A stretch of 64,000 nucleotides of DNA. It comes from Tricharina praecox. Lineage: Eukaryota. Position 1 is the stretch's first letter. Each line of letters starts with the position of its first letter. The notes beneath the pieces were generated by a model. It searched no databases. It was not told the DNA's origin and saw only the letters and a program-made list of their open reading frames with translations. Below, piece after piece: positions 1 through 13,077 of the stretch. Where the stretch lies: NCBI RefSeq assembly GCF_024521635.1, contig NW_026250427.1, positions 496,001 through 560,000 on the forward strand, in the 5' to 3' direction. Position numbers and translations under genes: made by a program.

Positions 1-836
1 GTGTTACTGTCGATAGATAGGGGTGGGAGGGGAGTCGGCGCAAGCAGTGGAAGTGGAAGTTATATTTGGCTGGTTGTGACGGTGCGGTACGGTGCGGCAG
101 GATGGATGGGAAAAGGGTTTCATATGGTACATAGATCAGTGTCGAACATGGCCAGTCGCGACGAGCGACAGGCGTTGCCTAACCCCTCATCCACCAATAT
201 CCCCCAAGCACTTCGCAATGCATTCTCTGTCGCGTCCTATTCAAACCAGCGCTAAATACATGCACATAACTGGTTTCACTATCTCTCTTCCGAGTACGCT
301 ACATGCCAGCCTCGTCCCGATTCATGGACCATCACTCGCAGAACCTTCTCCATCTGCTCACTCTCAATATTTGCACAACTTTATCATTGTGGATGTCCCA
401 GCAGGCGGGCAGGATATATGCACTCTCTAACAGGTTAGCCGTCGCTTGATAGAAATACCAAGTAGGGCTCGTGGAAGATGGATCGGGATATCGTAGGCAC
501 GAAGAGACAGAATAGGCAACAACGCACCTCACCTGTTTATCCATCCAACCTCGATTTTTCACTTTCCGCACCGAACCCCGACTGAATCCGATGACACTCT
601 GCAACGCTCTTTCTCTCTCGGTGTAGAATTTACTAGAGAAGTCGAGTTGCGGCAGCCAATAGGGTAACGGCTGTCGGCATACATACTCTACAGGGCCATG
701 CATGGCCGCCACGCGGAATTCAATACGAGTTCGAGTTTGAGGCCCCCGGGTAACGAGTGAGTTTCAATTCTCATCACCGCCGTTTAAACTTTCTACCAGG
801 TGGAGGTGGTGGCGGTGGTCCTGCCAAGCTAACGAT

Positions 837-843
837 TGACTCA
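837..843. promoter_or_regulatory. Gcn4/CpcA/Cpc1 response element (TGACTCA) upstream of HOM2
   Basis: TTGACTCAT at 836-844, about 170 nt upstream of the ATG of an amino-acid biosynthesis gene. Confidence 0.6.
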
Positions 844-1013
844 TGCAACACCAAGCGAAAATCTGCATGGTTGCCCCGCCATAGATAAAACTTCGGCCGC
901 CATCACCTCCAAGCTCGACCGTTCCCGCCACACCACGCACGCCCCGCCCCTCCCTCCCTCCCGCAAGCTCAATTCCACCCACCACGAACGACATCAAAGT
1001 CACGATCGCGAAA

Positions 1014-2147
1014 ATGGTTGCTACAAAGAAGTGCGGTAAGAACAACCCGTTTCGCTGTAATGATTTCATAAGGCTGACATCCCGCCCCCCAGGTGTCCTC
1101 GGCTGCACCGGCTCGGTCGGCCAGCGCTTCATCCTGCTGCTCTCGGCACACCCGTACTTCTCGCTGCACGCGATCGGCGCGTCCTCCCGCAGCGCCGGCA
1201 AAGCGTACAAGGACGCCGCGCGGTGGAAGCAATCCGCGGCGATGCCCGCGTCGGTAGCCAACATGGTTGTGAAGGAGTGCAAGTCGTCGGAATTCTTGGA
1301 CTGCGACATCGTGTTCTCGGGGCTGGATGCGGACGTGGCCGGCGAGATCGAGGCCGACTTCTTGGGCGCCGATCTGGTCGTCTTCTCGAACGCAAAGAAT
1401 TACCGCCGCGACTTGGTCACCCCCCTCATGGTCCCCCTGGTAAACACGGACCACTTCAGTATCATCCCCCATCAGCAACGGGAGAAGGGGCTCAAGAAGG
1501 GGTTCATGGTCACGAATGCGAATTGCTCCACCACTGGCCTCGTCGTCCCGCTCAAGGCCCTGCAGGATCGCTTTGGACCGCTTGAGGCGGTGATCGTGAC
1601 GACGCTGCAGGCGATCAGCGGCGGTGGTTACCCCGGCGTGCCGAGTATGGATATCCTGGACAATATCGTGCCGTTCATCGGCGGCGAGGAGGAGAAGATC
1701 GAGTGGGAGACCGGCAAGATCCTAGGCAGTGTCAACGACGCGGCCACGGCGTTCGTGCACGTGAACGAGACGAAGGTGTCGGCGCAGTGCAACCGTGTGG
1801 CGGTCATGGACGGACACACCGAGTGCGTTTCTGTCAAGTTTGGTGGCGGGAAGAAGCCGACTGTTGAGGAGGTCAAGCAGGCGATGCGGGACTACGTGAG
1901 TGAGAGCCAGACGCTCGGCTGCCCGAGTGCGCCGAAGATGGCCATCGATGTTAGGGAGGAGGAGGATCGTCCCCAGCCGAGGCTGGACAGGGACACCGAG
2001 GGCGGATATGCGGTCGTGGTAGGCAGGATCAGGGAGGACCCCGTCTTCGACATCAAGTTTGTTGCGCTGAGCCACAACACGGTCATCGGTGCGGCTGGAA
2101 GCAGCATCCTTAACGCGGAGGTGGCGGTGGTCAAGGGACTGTTATAA
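1014..2147 (+). CDS. HOM2: Aspartate-semialdehyde dehydrogenase
   Basis: [13 protein letters not shown]ossmann motif, catalytic [26 protein letters not shown]. One 57-nt intron 1036-1092 (GTAAGA..GCTGAC..CAG). Confidence 0.95.
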   Translation: MVATKKCGKNNPFRCNDFIRLTSRPPGVLGCTGSVGQRFILLLSAHPYFSLHAIGASSRSAGKAYKDAARWKQSAAMPASVANMVVKECKSSEFLDCDIVFSGLDADVAGEIEADFLGADLVVFSNAKNYRRDLVTPLMVPLVNTDHFSIIPHQQREKGLKKGFMVTNANCSTTGLVVPLKALQDRFGPLEAVIVTTLQAISGGGYPGVPSMDILDNIVPFIGGEEEKIEWETGKILGSVNDAATAFVHVNETKVSAQCNRVAVMDGHTECVSVKFGGGKKPTVEEVKQAMRDYVSESQTLGCPSAPKMAIDVREEEDRPQPRLDRDTEGGYAVVVGRIREDPVFDIKFVALSHNTVIGAAGSSILNAEVAVVKGLL

Positions 2148-4231
2148 GTCGGGCTTGTTGATATTGTAGTTTCTTGTTCGCATCAAAGGGAGCGGGGAAC
2201 GAAATCAAGGTTAAGAAGCAGAGAATAGAGGACTCGTCAGGTGACTCGGTTTACAAGGTCCGTGGTCCACACGACTCGTGCGCTCGATTCTCAAGTATTA
2301 CTCGAATTGTCCAACGGTGATCGGAACGTCTAGGCTTCTGGGCATTGGGTCATATTTCTTTTCTATTCGTCAGCCGCCCAGCGAGTGTATTCTCGTCTCT
2401 TATCCTATCATATCCTCGGATTCCTCACAAAAACCATGCAAACAATCCGTTCAACAAACTTCCCCCCCCCCTTTGCGGTCATCTCCGCCTCCGTTAGATA
2501 CTTCCCGAGACCAGCAGCCGCGTCGTACGTCAACTCCAGAGTAACCCGCTTTCAACGCGGTGTCATGTAATTAGTATGAGCTAAACCGCCATCCCGCGTG
2601 CAGCGTGAGCTATTATACTAGTACATACATCCCGTTGTCTGAATCGCCGCTGCCGCCTCCTTGGAATACAGACCAACCAAGATATGTATAGGCAGCACTC
2701 TGCGGGGTCGTGCTGGGCATGTCGTTCACTTGTATGTAGCCTTGCTTTTTCGCGGTGATTCCTCCTCCTCTGCGGGGTACATTAGCGGTCGCATTTAGCT
2801 ATATGTAATCGTTCCTTTTCCTCACGTAGCCGTGACAGGCGAATAAACAATTGGTCATAATTCACGAACAAATCACTTTTGATTTTTTGGTCTCTTTTCC
2901 CTGCATAAATCGCCACAAAATCCGTCAGCTGTTTCCATGCAGGACTTGCATTTTACTTTTGATTTTTTCGTTCTTTCTGGGATCACCCGCGGTATCTGTC
3001 GATTTTCGCGCTGTCTGCACGTATGATACACACATACATCGATGTGTCTGCTCGATAACCCAGGATACACCGGACCCGAGGAATCGCCAAATCTACAACT
3101 ACCTCCCCTCTCGATAAGACAGACATGGGATGGAGCGAGCACTCTGTATCTCTCGATCTCTCTCCTCAGATATCTATCGCCGATGCCCGATGCTCTGGGT
3201 TCTGTTTACTGAGCGCGGAAGCAAGCCTAAGGCGCTATATAGTACTTAGCGACTCCTCCCATGCCTTCGTGTACATACGAATACCCGATTCCACAAGGTG
3301 ACTAGAGTACCTAGATCATCAAGCCCGTGCCAGTAGCCTCAACCTTAGCACGGTACGGACCCTTGAGGAAGAGGAGCGTTTCGTCCCGTGAACGTCGTGA
3401 ACCTTGGCGACCTGTAGATCTTGCAGGGGCCTTGGTCCACACTGCTGCTGACTAGAGTAACCAACTCCCTACCGTACTCCACCACTGCCGTCCGTCCTGT
3501 GCCGGTCCTGCGCGCGCTGCTGAGACGATGCCTCCTGCCTGTCCTGCGCTCGGCGATATCTATCACCCATGCAGAGACATAACGGCGCCTGGCCGATGTT
3601 GGCTCCCGTGTCCACAAGTCCCACTATGCCGGCTTTGCGGGTCCGCCGGCACTCCCCAACGCGATGCAGCGAATGGCAGAGACAGCAGCACTGGCGTGTC
3701 AAAGTTAAGTGCCTCTATGTGGTGCTTGGAGCCTGCATAAACTATCGATGGGTAGGTACTTGGGTATCTTATCGGTTCGCATAGGTAGCCCAGCTTGGCG
3801 GCTGACCCCAATGCTTTAGAGTATGTCCGTAGAGCACCCACGAGCGCGTATGATGTCAAGGACCCATACGGTACAGGGATCCTCCGGCGATGATCTCGAA
3901 CTGCAATGGTCACGCTCGACACGGCGAGTTAATTCTTGAAGTCCGAGACATGAAGGCGGGGGAGGAGCTAGCGGCCCCGGGAAAGGAGTGAATCCGCCCT
4001 ACTAGGGAGAGGGGGGCGGGGAGAGACAATGCTCGTAACGGGCCCCGGGACGAGAAGACATAACTAACCACCTCCCCTCCCCTCCCCACTGTCTGTTTCT
4101 TGCTCCCCGAAGGCAGTGTTGTTTTCTCCTAGGACCTCACTACCTCCCTCCTTCTCCTCCTCCATCCCTGCAGCTACAGGACCCTCTTTTTGCCTCTACG
4201 GGCTTGCCACTGCTATTCGTCTTTGGTCGCC

Positions 4232-6471
4232 ATGAAGTTCTCCGGACACACACTGGGCGTCCTCCATGCCGACACCGACGAAGTTGCCGGTATGTCTCCA
4301 GTGCCCCTATACCCTTACCATGACGCCGCAAGACTGACTCTGCTCCCCTCCTAGGCACCGTGCGACTGCTCGCGGGCAATGTGCAAGAGCCCCTCGGCCT
4401 CGAACGGAAACGAACAGCGGACGGGATCATTCTCGAGCCGCAGCCCAACGACAACCCGAATGATCCACTGAACTGGCCGAGTTGGCGGCGAGACTGCGCG
4501 CTGCTCGCCCTGGGCTGGCACTGTTTGCTCGGAGGTGGACAGACGCCCGTGCTGGCGGCCGGCTTCAAGGATGTGGCCGAGACGTTCGATGTCACCATCC
4601 CGCAGGTGGCGCTGACAACTGGTAAGTGCTGCTGCTGCCGCCGCGTTTACTTTATTTCAGCCTCCGGCGCGTTTGTACTCTATGTACAATACGCCACTCG
4701 TCTGCAGGCTCGAGGCGAGAAGCGTGCTGATTGGACCGCGAATATGTAGGACTCTACATGCTTGGGCTGGGAGTGGGATGCGTAATATCTAGCCCTACGG
4801 CGCTCATCTTCGGCAAGCGACCTGTGTACCTCGGCGGTGTGGTACTGTTCCTCGCCGCGTCGGTATGGTCGGCCGCATCTCAATCCTATTCGTCGCTGCT
4901 CATCGCAAGGATCATAATGGGCATCGGTGTTGCTGTAAGTCTGTGTCGAATGAATCCCGATGACGGATGGATTGGCTGACGGAATTAATTACAGCCTTGC
5001 GAGTCTCTGCCGTCGGCTACAATTGCGGAGATCTTCTTCCTCCATGAAAGGGCGTATAGGATAGGAATCTACACGCTGCTGCTTCTGGGTGGAAAGAACT
5101 TGGTGCCCTTGGTGAGCGCGGTTATCATTCAGGCGCTGAGTTGGCGGTGGGTATTCTGGATTGTCGCCATCATCGTCGGATTCAATTTTTGGCTATTGTT
5201 TCTCTTTGTCCCCGAGACTTTCTGGGACAGAACTCCGCGGCCTAAGTCGCAAGCGGATCACGAGAGCTTTATCCGGCGTGCCAGCTCCTCGCTATTTACG
5301 GGAAAGTCCATTAAGAACAAGCGGGAGGCAGAGCTCCAGGCCGCCAACGAGAAGGAGCTGGAGTTTGCGACTACAGCTGCCGCGATATCTCCAGTCGTCG
5401 AAGGCAAGAACCCAGACAGCCGCCACGCACAGTTCGCCGAGACGATCGATCGATCAGACGAGAAGTCCGTCGCCGAGAAGGAGAAGGAGGAGGATCTCAC
5501 GGACGAGGTACTCCCGGTCCGCGAGGTATATGTGCAGCCCCTGGCCAAGACCTCGCGCGAATCCCTCGACCGCTACATCCGCGACGAAGCCCTGAAGCCG
5601 AAGGAAAACATCGGCGCCGGACGCGCTGTAGACGAGGACGAGCGTGACAAAGAAGCGCCCCACACCTTCCGCTCCTCCCTCGCGCTCTACAAAGGCCGCC
5701 AGACCAACGTCGGGTGGTTCAAACTTGCGTTCCGCCCTTTCGTCCTTTTCGCGTACCCCGCCGTCCTCTGGAGCACCGTCGTCTACTCGCTCTCCATCGG
5801 CTGGCTCATCATCCTCTCCGAGTCCGTCGCCGAGATCTACCAGCACCAGCCCTACAACTTCAGCCGTCTCGGCACAGGCCTGATCTACCTCTCCCCGTTC
5901 ATCGGCGGTATCATCGGCACCGTCGCCGCCGGGAAGATCTCGGATATCATGGTCCGCTTCATGTGTCGCCGCAACGGCGGCATCTACGAGCCCGAGTTCC
6001 GTCTCATCATGGGAATTCCGGTTGCGCTGAGCACCGCGATCGGACTCATGGGCTTTGGATGGTCCGCGGAGGAACACAATAGCTGGATCGTTCCTACCAT
6101 CTTCTTCGGCATCATTAGTTTCGGATGCTCCCTTGGCAGTACTACTGCAATCACGTTCTGCGTGGATAGCTACAGACAGTACGCCGGCGAGGCGCTCGTG
6201 ACGCTGAATTTCTCGAAGAGTCAGTCCCCACCCCCTCCTCCAAATTTATTACTTCATGCTGACGTAATGAATGTGAATAGACGTCCTCCACGGCTTCGTA
6301 TTTTCGCTCTTCTTCAACCACTGGCTCGAGGCCGACGGTGCCAGAAAGGTCTTTGTCGCCCTGGGCGCGATACAGATGGGCTGTTTGCTGTTTACGATAC
6401 CACTTTACATCTACGGAAAGCGGCTGCGGCTGTGGACCATCAGGAAAAATATGATGGGGAGGTTTGAGTAG
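4232..6471 (+). CDS. MFS transporter, DHA1/HOL1-like
   Basis: Spliced model MKFSGHTLGVLHADTDEVAG|TVRLL..PQPNDNPNDPLNW..WRWVFW..PETFW..RNGGIYEPEFRL..KNMMGRFE*. Introns about 4290-4354, 4622-4750, 4935-4994, 6220-6280. Confidence 0.88.
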
Positions 6472-6711
6472 AGGAGCGTTTGGTGCTGAGGATTCTCGTG
6501 GTATGAATACTCTAGAGACGATCGGTCGGTTGTTTTGAGTTGCGAGATGCGGGGGAAATGCGAGGGATGTTGTTGGAGTAGTTGGAGTTGGAGTTGCTTG
6601 CATGCATGGTGGCGCGGTTGCGGGAGTGTATGATTTATGATATTGCAGTTGTAGACTGTCTAAGTACTACTTATTTACGTAGATGTATGAATAATATAAG
6701 ATGAATCCATA

Positions 6712-7013
6712 TTTCGTGTTGATATTATGCGTCTTATTGCCTGTTCCGCTGTCACTGCTACATACTTTCCACTGTCCTTTTGCATACTGCCCTCATTGCC
6801 TTCGTGGCCACTTAGCATTGTCCATGGCTTCTCGTCAGAAGCCTCTTTAAGCCTCCAAGCCCCAGCCCAGTCCGGCGATCGCCGCATCCTCTGTCTGAGG
6901 CCCGGCTTCCTCGTCTACACGAGCTCATTTCCCTTATAAACAGTCTTCTTTCTCATGTTTCTCGTATCAATACATCAATTAAGTCAAGCTCTTCTCTCAA
7001 TTCCAACATTTCG
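6712..7013 (+). repeat. Dispersed repeat family A, copy 1 (inverted relative to 11981-12296)
   Basis: About 300 bp of collinear reverse-complement similarity, e.g. GCATCCTCTGTCTGAGGCCCGGC and CTCGTATCAATACATCAAT shared. Confidence 0.85.
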
Positions 7014-7152
7014 CGTCGACTCCACACGAGTGAGATTTCGTATATCCGCTTCATACAACCCTGATATTCGTTTTACTACATAACTCACTCCAAAATACGG
7101 TATATAACATCCGCAAACGCCCGGACTCCGCCCCCCAGACTCCTACATAGAC

Positions 7153-8523
7153 TCACAGCAGCTGCGCCTGCTCCTCTTTACTCAGGCCCAGGATATACAG
7201 CACATCCTGCATCCACGCGGAGTTGAGATGACTCGGCGCTTCCAGCTGCACCATCGACTTCGCGTTGAACGCGATTCCGAGCCCCGCGATCTCCATCATC
7301 TTGAGGTCGTTGGCGCCGTCGCCTACCGCGAAGGTCTGCAAGCGTTAGTAGGGGGATGGGATGGGATGGGATGGGAGGGGGGGAGGGGAGTTGGGGGACG
7401 GGGAGAGGGTACCTGGTGCAAAGGAATGCCGTTCTCGTACGCGATCTGTTGGAGTAGTGTGGCTTTGCGCTCGGCGTGCACGATGTCGCCCGTGAGCTCG
7501 CCCGTGAGCTCGCGGCCGTCAGGGGAAACGACGAGCTAGGCGGCGTTAGTCTCGATCCCGATGCGAAGGGGAGTGAGACAGGGCTGGGGAGGGGGGTACC
7601 TGGTTGGCGTAGGCGTAGTCCAGGCCGAGCTCGTTCTTGATGTAGTTCGCCAGCGGCAGGAACCCGCCGCTCAGCACCGCCAGCTTGTACCCCAGGTTCT
7701 TGAGCGCCCTGCAGAGCTCCCTCGCGCCGGGGGTGATGGTGATGACGGGCTTCAGCTGGTCGAAGACGGAGGCGGGGACGCCGCGCAGCAGTGCGCAGCG
7801 CTGCTTCAGGGAGTCGGTGAAGTCGATCTCGCCGTTCATAGCGCGCTCCGTGATCCTGCTGACGAGGTCCTCCTTCCCGATGAACCGTGCAATCTCGTCG
7901 ATGACCTCCTGCTGGATCAGCGTGGAGTCCATATCGAAGACGGCGAGGCGCTTGTGGCGCCGAAACACGTCGTTGCGCTGCAGCACCACCTCGATCCCCC
8001 ACTTCTTCTCGAACCCCCAGATATCCTCGTGCCGCCGGAGATCCGTCAGGTTGAGCATCTGCGGCAGCGAGAACGCGATCTCGACGACCCTCGGCGCGGC
8101 CGACGAGTCGAGCGGGCGATGGTAGGCATGCGATTTCTCATACGGCACCATCAGCTCATCCAGCGTCTGGATGAACTCGAAGATTGCCAGATCTGTGATG
8201 TGGCCGTCGGCGGCGGCGGCGGCGTTGGCGCCGTAGAACAGCGTGGCGACGAGCGCGGTCGCGCCGCTGCTGCCGCTGCTGCCGCCGAGTGGCAGCGGCA
8301 CCGCCACCGACGACGCCAGAGGGATCGTGTACTTAGTGTCTGAGTGCGTGATGCGGATGGTCTTGCCGTCTTCGGTGACGACCACCTCGTCGGCCACCGG
8401 CGGCGGCGTCGTCCCCTGGATCTTGTGCAGCTGGCCGTAGAACGCGCTGCTGTTCGCGCGGCGGTTGGCCGGGCGCACGGGCGCGCTGCCAGAGGCAAGG
8501 GGTGTGCGGGGCTCGGGGTTCAT
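7153..8523 (-). CDS. SER2: Phosphoserine phosphatase (HAD family)
   Basis: HAD motif I FDMDSTLIQQEVID, LSGGF, motif IV GDGANDL. Introns 7599-7536 and 7412-7336. Confidence 0.93.
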
Positions 8524-10564
8524 GGCTGCTGCTGCTGCTACTGCTGCAATGCTGCAATGCGGGCGGCGGTTCGGATTGGGTCGAGAGTGCTGGATCGCCG
8601 CGGGATGTGGGACGTGTCTTGTTATAGTGTGGCCGTTGCGCCGGGAAAGCCCGAAAACAGATGAATTAAGTAATCAATGGACACCATGGATACCATGGAT
8701 CATGGTGTAGATAAGTGTAAGTACCGGTACTTACAACAGCAAAAAGTGGGGTGAGGTCCCTACTGTACAAGGTGCTTCAGTATGCAGTACCACCGCGCGG
8801 ATTCGAATTTAGCAGTCTCAAAGAGCGGGGTTACGTTAACCTGGTATTGCTTTTGGCATATAGCCTCAATTCTACCGTATCGAAGAATTATACCCAATGT
8901 TGTGAAGATATGCTTAGTAACACCGCCAGAAACATTCGCAAATTACTCTCAAATTGGGATTCAAGCGTGAAATTCTACGACTCTTTGCTGCATCATTAAA
9001 ATCTGTTGATCTATAGACGCTTAAAGATTTGTATGTTGCCATTATCCATTGCCGCCATAGTGACCAGAGATAATCCTCATCGAGTCGGCCTGCTGAGCTT
9101 CATTATATTTCACTCTCCTTCTAAAACAGTTGTAATATGTATTTTACGGCAGCTCTCGTATTTTGACAACTCTGTAGTTGGCTTGGGGAAGCAGTACTAC
9201 CTACCTATGCCTCCGCAATACGTATTTCGTCATGAAGGTATATGAGCATCACAAGTTGTGGTGCTTTCACTATTACACATTCTTGCTGAAAAGTAAGGAC
9301 ACAAAAATATTACGTATTATTTCTGGATACGTATTTTTCAATTGGCAATAACTCGACTTCATGCAAAGCCGTGGTTCTTATACATACTTGTGCAATTCCT
9401 CCACCGCTTGTCACCATGGCATGTACACGTTGAGGCCTCACGAACACCGCAATTCTTGGTAACAGCCCTACCTGAAGGATACATCTTCGAGCCAGACTTA
9501 TTTGGATCAATCTTGAAGCATTTAAACCATAGGTGCGTCAGTAATCCCACCTAGGTACTTTGCAATCGACTACCTACGGAGACATTGCCATTTCTGGTGA
9601 TTCGCTGTGACGCCGCATGAACCGGTTTACCGGTTAATCACACAAAAAAAGTCACCGCAACGACGAGAAGCAATAACTATGAGCTTCAAGTGCTCATCAT
9701 CCCTCAGAAAAGTGTTAATAATTTCTCGGATTTCCCGGAAAGCATTGGGTTGTGTTGTCTCGCACCAGCTGTTTAGGCTGCCGGTTCAAGCTTGTGTCCC
9801 TAAGCCTTTGTCCCTCATTCGCTGCGCTTGGACGAACGGAGCCACGTACATTCCTCGAGGACTTCAACGGTTTCACGATGAGCGCGCGTCAAGCCTCGCA
9901 CGCTATTATCAAGGACAGCGGAGGCGAGACATCTATATATTCCCCTCTTCCTCCTACTCCGGCCCAGGAGCTGGGCTTGAAGGATATATTTCGAATTCAG
10001 ATCCGGCGTTCTATACCCGATTTGTCGGACTGTTACTGCTGGCAGACACCCAACCAGCACTTCAGGACTTCACCCGATACAGATGAGAGGCTGTCAAGCC
10101 TCAAGGTGATGGTATCGTTTCACAATGGTATGGCCGTCTCACTGATTGTTCCAGCACCCGACTCGACCTCGATAGGGGCGTGAGGTTCACCAACTCGGTG
10201 GATGGGAGGAGGATATATGATATATCAGTATCTCTCTCAACCGTCTCGACAGCTTCGGACGCCATATCCACCAACCAAATTTCCTTGCGAATAATTCCAC
10301 CGTCACGGGTTTTCCTTTTCACGTCAAGTCACAAGATTTCGCTAACTCCTACGGTACGTCATCCTGCAGCCATGTGTGGCGGATCGATATATAGTCTACT
10401 TGGCGCCAGCTTGGGCTTGATTGGCTGGAACTGCAACTCTTTCCCGCAAGCACTCCTTCCTATCACCTTCTCACGTGCTCGATAACTCTTGCTCGTCTCG
10501 CAACATCCTCCACATTCACCTTGTCTTCTCATCTGACCCACGAGATAGTAGTGATCCAGAGATG

Positions 10565-11300
10565 GTCACCAGCGGCGAGGATCCTGAGCGCAATGTACTG
10601 CAAGAGCGGGTTCCATCCCCATTCATGCTGGAGACCAGATCCGCAACCGATATCGGCCCACCAACAAACTTAGTTTCGGCAGCTTTCTTGCAGTCTGGCT
10701 GGCTAAAGACCAGAAGCTGGGTCGCTACCTATGTCTCCCGAGATTCATCCGAGAGTCGGATCCTACATACGCCGCCTTGAGTTGAAGCGGAAATCAAACT
10801 TTCCTTTCCAGGGGCTCCTACGGGAAGTGGGTTTGCTCTTGGGGTGTTGGAGCAAGTTGAAATCCGTATATAGGCCAACCAGAACTCAGCCGCACATACA
10901 TTGTCGGCGAGCTTTTTGGTCCTGGTGTTCTTGAGGTGGTATATAGTAACTATAGGGAGATTCCCTCTGGAGTCTGGACGTTGCCCGAAAGGCCGCATCA
11001 CAGCCTCACAGCTGGCACGAGGAGTGGCGTTCTTACATGCCTGGGACATTGTTCATGGAGGCACATTACTGTGGCCCATCCTATACCTACCACCCGACCA
11101 GGACGGAATGAAAAGGATATAGATATCCACGATTATTCTGGCTCCCCAGAGTCCGGAGTCGTGGAAGCCCAAACGCCACGAGCACCCCTCCCCCAGCACC
11201 GGATTACGATGTACATATCGGGATTCAGCCCAGCACCGCACCTACTACCAGGTATGTACCCATGTTCCCGCATTTTCTGCCCAAAACCAAAGCCAGTGAT
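10565..11300 (+). pseudogene. Degenerate SRPK-like (CMGC) protein kinase
   Basis: Frameshifted fragments EDPER / YCKSGFHP / IHAGDQIRNRYRPTNKLSFGSFLAVWLAKDQKLGRY / IVGELFGP / QLARGVAFLHAWDIVHG-(intron)-DIH match the SRPK-like N-lobe and catalytic loop; contains stops and frameshifts. Confidence 0.75.
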
Positions 11301-11825
11301 GTGCACGGTAAAATTACACACACACATACGGACCTCGGAGCGGCGTGCCTGCAACTGTGTGCCTGTTTCACATGCCGCGCTACTGTACTGTAGAGGGGCT
11401 TTCAACAACTCCCGATGAATGGATGGTGTGGGTCCGTCGGCCGAATAGTTATACGGACGCTACAAGGTAGGCACTGCACCGTGTCTGAGATTCCAAGTGG
11501 CGAGATGTGCTTTTACATACATACTTCATACGCGATCATCGAGTACGCTTGTATGTAGAGTATATAGCAGCTTCCGATGTTACAGCCGGAAGTTGGAGAA
11601 GTTGGTGCACGCCATGCTCAGCGTTGAGCCTACAGGCTACTACCATGTAGCGGGAAGATCTGCACTGGCGATGTTGTGCAGATGCTGCCAGATGCTGCCG
11701 GCGGCTTGAATTCGATCGTGTGCGCGCTCGCGAGGTCATTCGTGCCTGCTCCACTTTAAGTTGCTATATAAACTGAGCAGTGAGGGGATATTTTGTTTGC
11801 TTAAAAGCTGGGGGTGGGGTAGAGT

Positions 11826-12823
11826 GGAGCGGTTGCTCGAAGAGTCGAAGGAGATCAGAACATTTCATATGTACTGGTCAAGAGACGTTTGAGTTGGAAG
11901 AATGTCCGTTAAGCAGCTATCTAGAACGAGTACATCTCATAGAAACTGAATGGCAATTTGAAGCCAGACCTGACGTATTACGAATGTTGGAATTGAGAGA
12001 AGAACTTGACTTGATTGATGTATTGATACGAGAAAGATGAGAAAGAAGACTGCTTATAAAGGAAACGAGCTCGTGTAGACGACGAGAAGGCCGGGCCTCA
12101 GACAGAGGATGCGACAATAGTCGTCGCCGGACTGGGCTGGGGGCTTGAAGGCTTTCAGCTGACGAGGCTGATTCTGATGAGAAGCCCTAGACAATGCTAA
12201 GCAGCCACGAAGGAAATGAGGGCAGTATGCAAAGGACAGTAGAAAGTAGCAGTGACACCGGAACAGGTATTGAGGCGCATAATATCAACAGCGAAAGACA
12301 CTCCATCACCGAGTGATGCGTCATGTCTGTCTGTCTACGTCTCGCCGAGTCGCCGTCGAGACATTTCATGACTGGCACCTATCACGGTATCACCGGTGGA
12401 AATCATGCCAGAAATCAACCGCAAAAAACGAAGGTGATGATGGGAGGGTGTGAGACGGAGCCATGTGCTGTGTGCGTCTACGGTAGGGATCGGGGAAGGA
12501 GTGCCCACCGGCCAGTGTTTTGTCCGGCCAGACACCCCATCCCGAGATACGATCGGCAGCTGCTCTGAAAAAGTCATCAGCCGAGAAGCATGGTCACTGC
12601 GCGAGTGCGCGGGTGTAGGAGCAGGGTATATATACTACATAGTAGAGTATGCGGCTTCTACTCTATGTAATCGGCTGGGGAACGTGGGATTATACCTATG
12701 TAGTAGATGGATATTACCTACCTGGCATATGATGCACGATCCGGAAAAGCGCGCAATCGTGGAATCGTGGAATCGTGCAATCGGATGTTGCAGGTTATAT
12801 GTATGATATGTAGATGGACCGTA
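11826..12823 (+). repeat. Dispersed repeat family B, copy 1, interrupted (about 11867-12350) by a segment containing repeat A
   Basis: 11826-11866 and 12352-12823 match the reverse complement of 22983-23526 (e.g. CGAAGGAGATCAGAACATTTC; ACCTGGCATATGATGCACGATCCG; AATCGTGCAATCGGATGTTGCAGGT). Confidence 0.8.
11981..12296 (-). repeat. Dispersed repeat family A, copy 2
   Basis: Reverse complement of 6712-7013 with scattered substitutions and indels. Confidence 0.85.
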
Positions 12824-13016
12824 TACCAGGTAGGTAGGTACATAGACGAAAGATAGAAATCACATCTTGATTCGGAGTCATCCGTCCTCATATGTATTCC
12901 ACAACACAACACAGCACCCGCACGCCCCGAGACTAACCAAGTAACCAAGCCCACTAAATTTCCCATGGCGTCGCAGTAACAAGTCGTCAACGTATGTATG
13001 TACTCGTACCCTACAT

Positions 13017-13077
13017 GTACATCTACATCTACATCTACATCTACATCTACACCTACACCTACACCTACACCTACACA
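13017..13077 (+). repeat. Microsatellite (TACATC/TACACC)n
   Basis: About 10 tandem hexamers visible. Confidence 0.9.

Noticed and set aside
4029..4231. Search for a HOL1-type polyamine-responsive uORF ending Pro-Ser-stop
   Set aside because: The only nearby upstream ATG gives MLVTGPGTRRHN*, with no PS* ending, and probably lies upstream of the TSS
7090..7156. SER2 stop TGA overlapping a GTGAGT donor, or readthrough to a targeting signal
   Set aside because: No convincing branch point follows, and the readthrough extension does not end in a PTS1-like tripeptide
11860..12369. ACATTTCAT direct repeat as a target-site duplication of the nested insert
   Set aside because: Both half-matches already exist in the uninterrupted B copy at about 23465-23497
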